A DNA stretch of 64,000 bases from Eukaryota sp. TZLM1-RC (Eukaryota; Protista; Metamonada: BaSk clade): the NCBI GenBank assembly GCA_040285825.1, contig JAUPSS010000016.1, forward strand, positions 2,777-66,776, written 5' to 3'. Each line of letters starts with the position of its first letter. The stretch's first letter is position 1. Positions 63,080 through 64,000 of the stretch are shown one piece after another. The notes below the pieces were generated by a model that made no database searches, was not told the origin of the DNA, and saw only the letters and a program-made list of their open reading frames with translations. The translations under genes and the position numbers were made by a program.

Positions 63080-64000
63080 TATTCAATATCTTCAAAACAA
63101 GCATCAAAATTACTGAACCTACTCACAGCATTTCGCTCATAATCTACCAATAGCTAAAAGAGCTTTAGAATTCATTGTTGGAATAGTCTTAAAACTGCAA
63201 AAACAACAATTTTTTTTACCAATAAGAAGAATTCCATTTGTTGCAAGATCTGTTTTGCAAAACTAACTGGAAAATTTCAAAAAAAAAATGCAAAAAAGAA
63301 GGGAAATAGCAAACAGCACAAACTGATGTTTCATATGTTCGACTCTACCCAAATGTGCCAATGGTTCTTCATATTTTTTTATTTTCTTTATTTCGGCGTT
63401 GGATAGTGGGGATTCAACAAAATACACCAATTTTGCAGAATTTTGCAGACATCGGCTGAGACAACATCCACAATGTTGAGAACACCATCGAGCCCTGGAG
63501 CTACTACATCTGCCCATTCTTTTACCAAAAGAATCGTCGGTTTAAACCAGAGATGGCTTGCGTACTAACGTTTCAATAAAAGCCTCTATATTAAAACTTT
63601 TGCACATTGCATACAATTGATCACGAATCGAATCACGAACAATTGAGCGACAGGTAATGAAATATTTGCAGAAAAATTGAGAATATATGTTGACCAATAT
63701 AGGTCGTCGTTAAGAATATGGGAAAGCGTAACCACATTCTTGAATTACAAATTCAATCATTTAATAACGAACAAGGCCATAAGAAACATCTCATTCTCAT
63801 AGCGGTGGTCTATTGATAATCATTGAGTAGAAGGCCACAAATGTTGAGAACTTGGGAGATTAAGCAACTTCAGCAACTGTCTGTAAGGTCAATCAAAAAG
63901 TTTGCAAAAACGGGATTTGTTTCTTCTATAATTCTTGATTCTACTTTTCTATGATTCGAATATCTTCTTTTTAGCAATGTATTCCACTATTCTTATCAAA
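63080..64000 (-). mobile_element. Degenerate RLE retrotransposon 3' region
   Basis: NPVFANFLIDL, MRMRC, RSIVRDSIRDQLYAMCK, IKKYEEPL..GRVEH; related to 56790-58100 and 23716-23990. Confidence 0.8.

Overview
AT-rich, intron-poor microbial eukaryote DNA, not prokaryotic. The evidence is a TFIIE-alpha gene, tRNA-Arg(ACG) and tRNA-Ile(AAT) with Pol III T-tracts, a 28S rRNA fragment and a 28-nt GT-AG intron; an anaerobic protist such as a metamonad is plausible but is inference only. Host genes: a giant (~5,600 aa) membrane-anchored surface protein with ten near-identical 846-bp repeats, two RCC1+LRR/FNIP-like paralogs plus remnants, a head-to-head CinA/PncC-like + nagB pair, TFIIE-alpha, a CTLH/UBA-like protein and three tRNAs. 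The rest is dense in mobile elements: about 11 5'-truncated RLE-type non-LTR retrotransposon copies, a chromodomain Ty3/Gypsy element with 79-bp LTRs, a gag-only mini-LTR element, MULE remnants, two MITEs and two degenerate Fanzor (eukaryotic TnpB) loci. Most notable: (1) two diverged Fanzor1 loci that both read NRN instead of the catalytic NRD, each ending in hairpins directly upstream of a host gene; (2) RLE retrotransposons stacked in tandem, antisense, at one 28S rDNA site with a repeated GCCGCTT target; (3) two LTR elements with unrelated LTRs that share the PPT and a palindromic CAATAATTATTG where a tRNA primer-binding site is expected.
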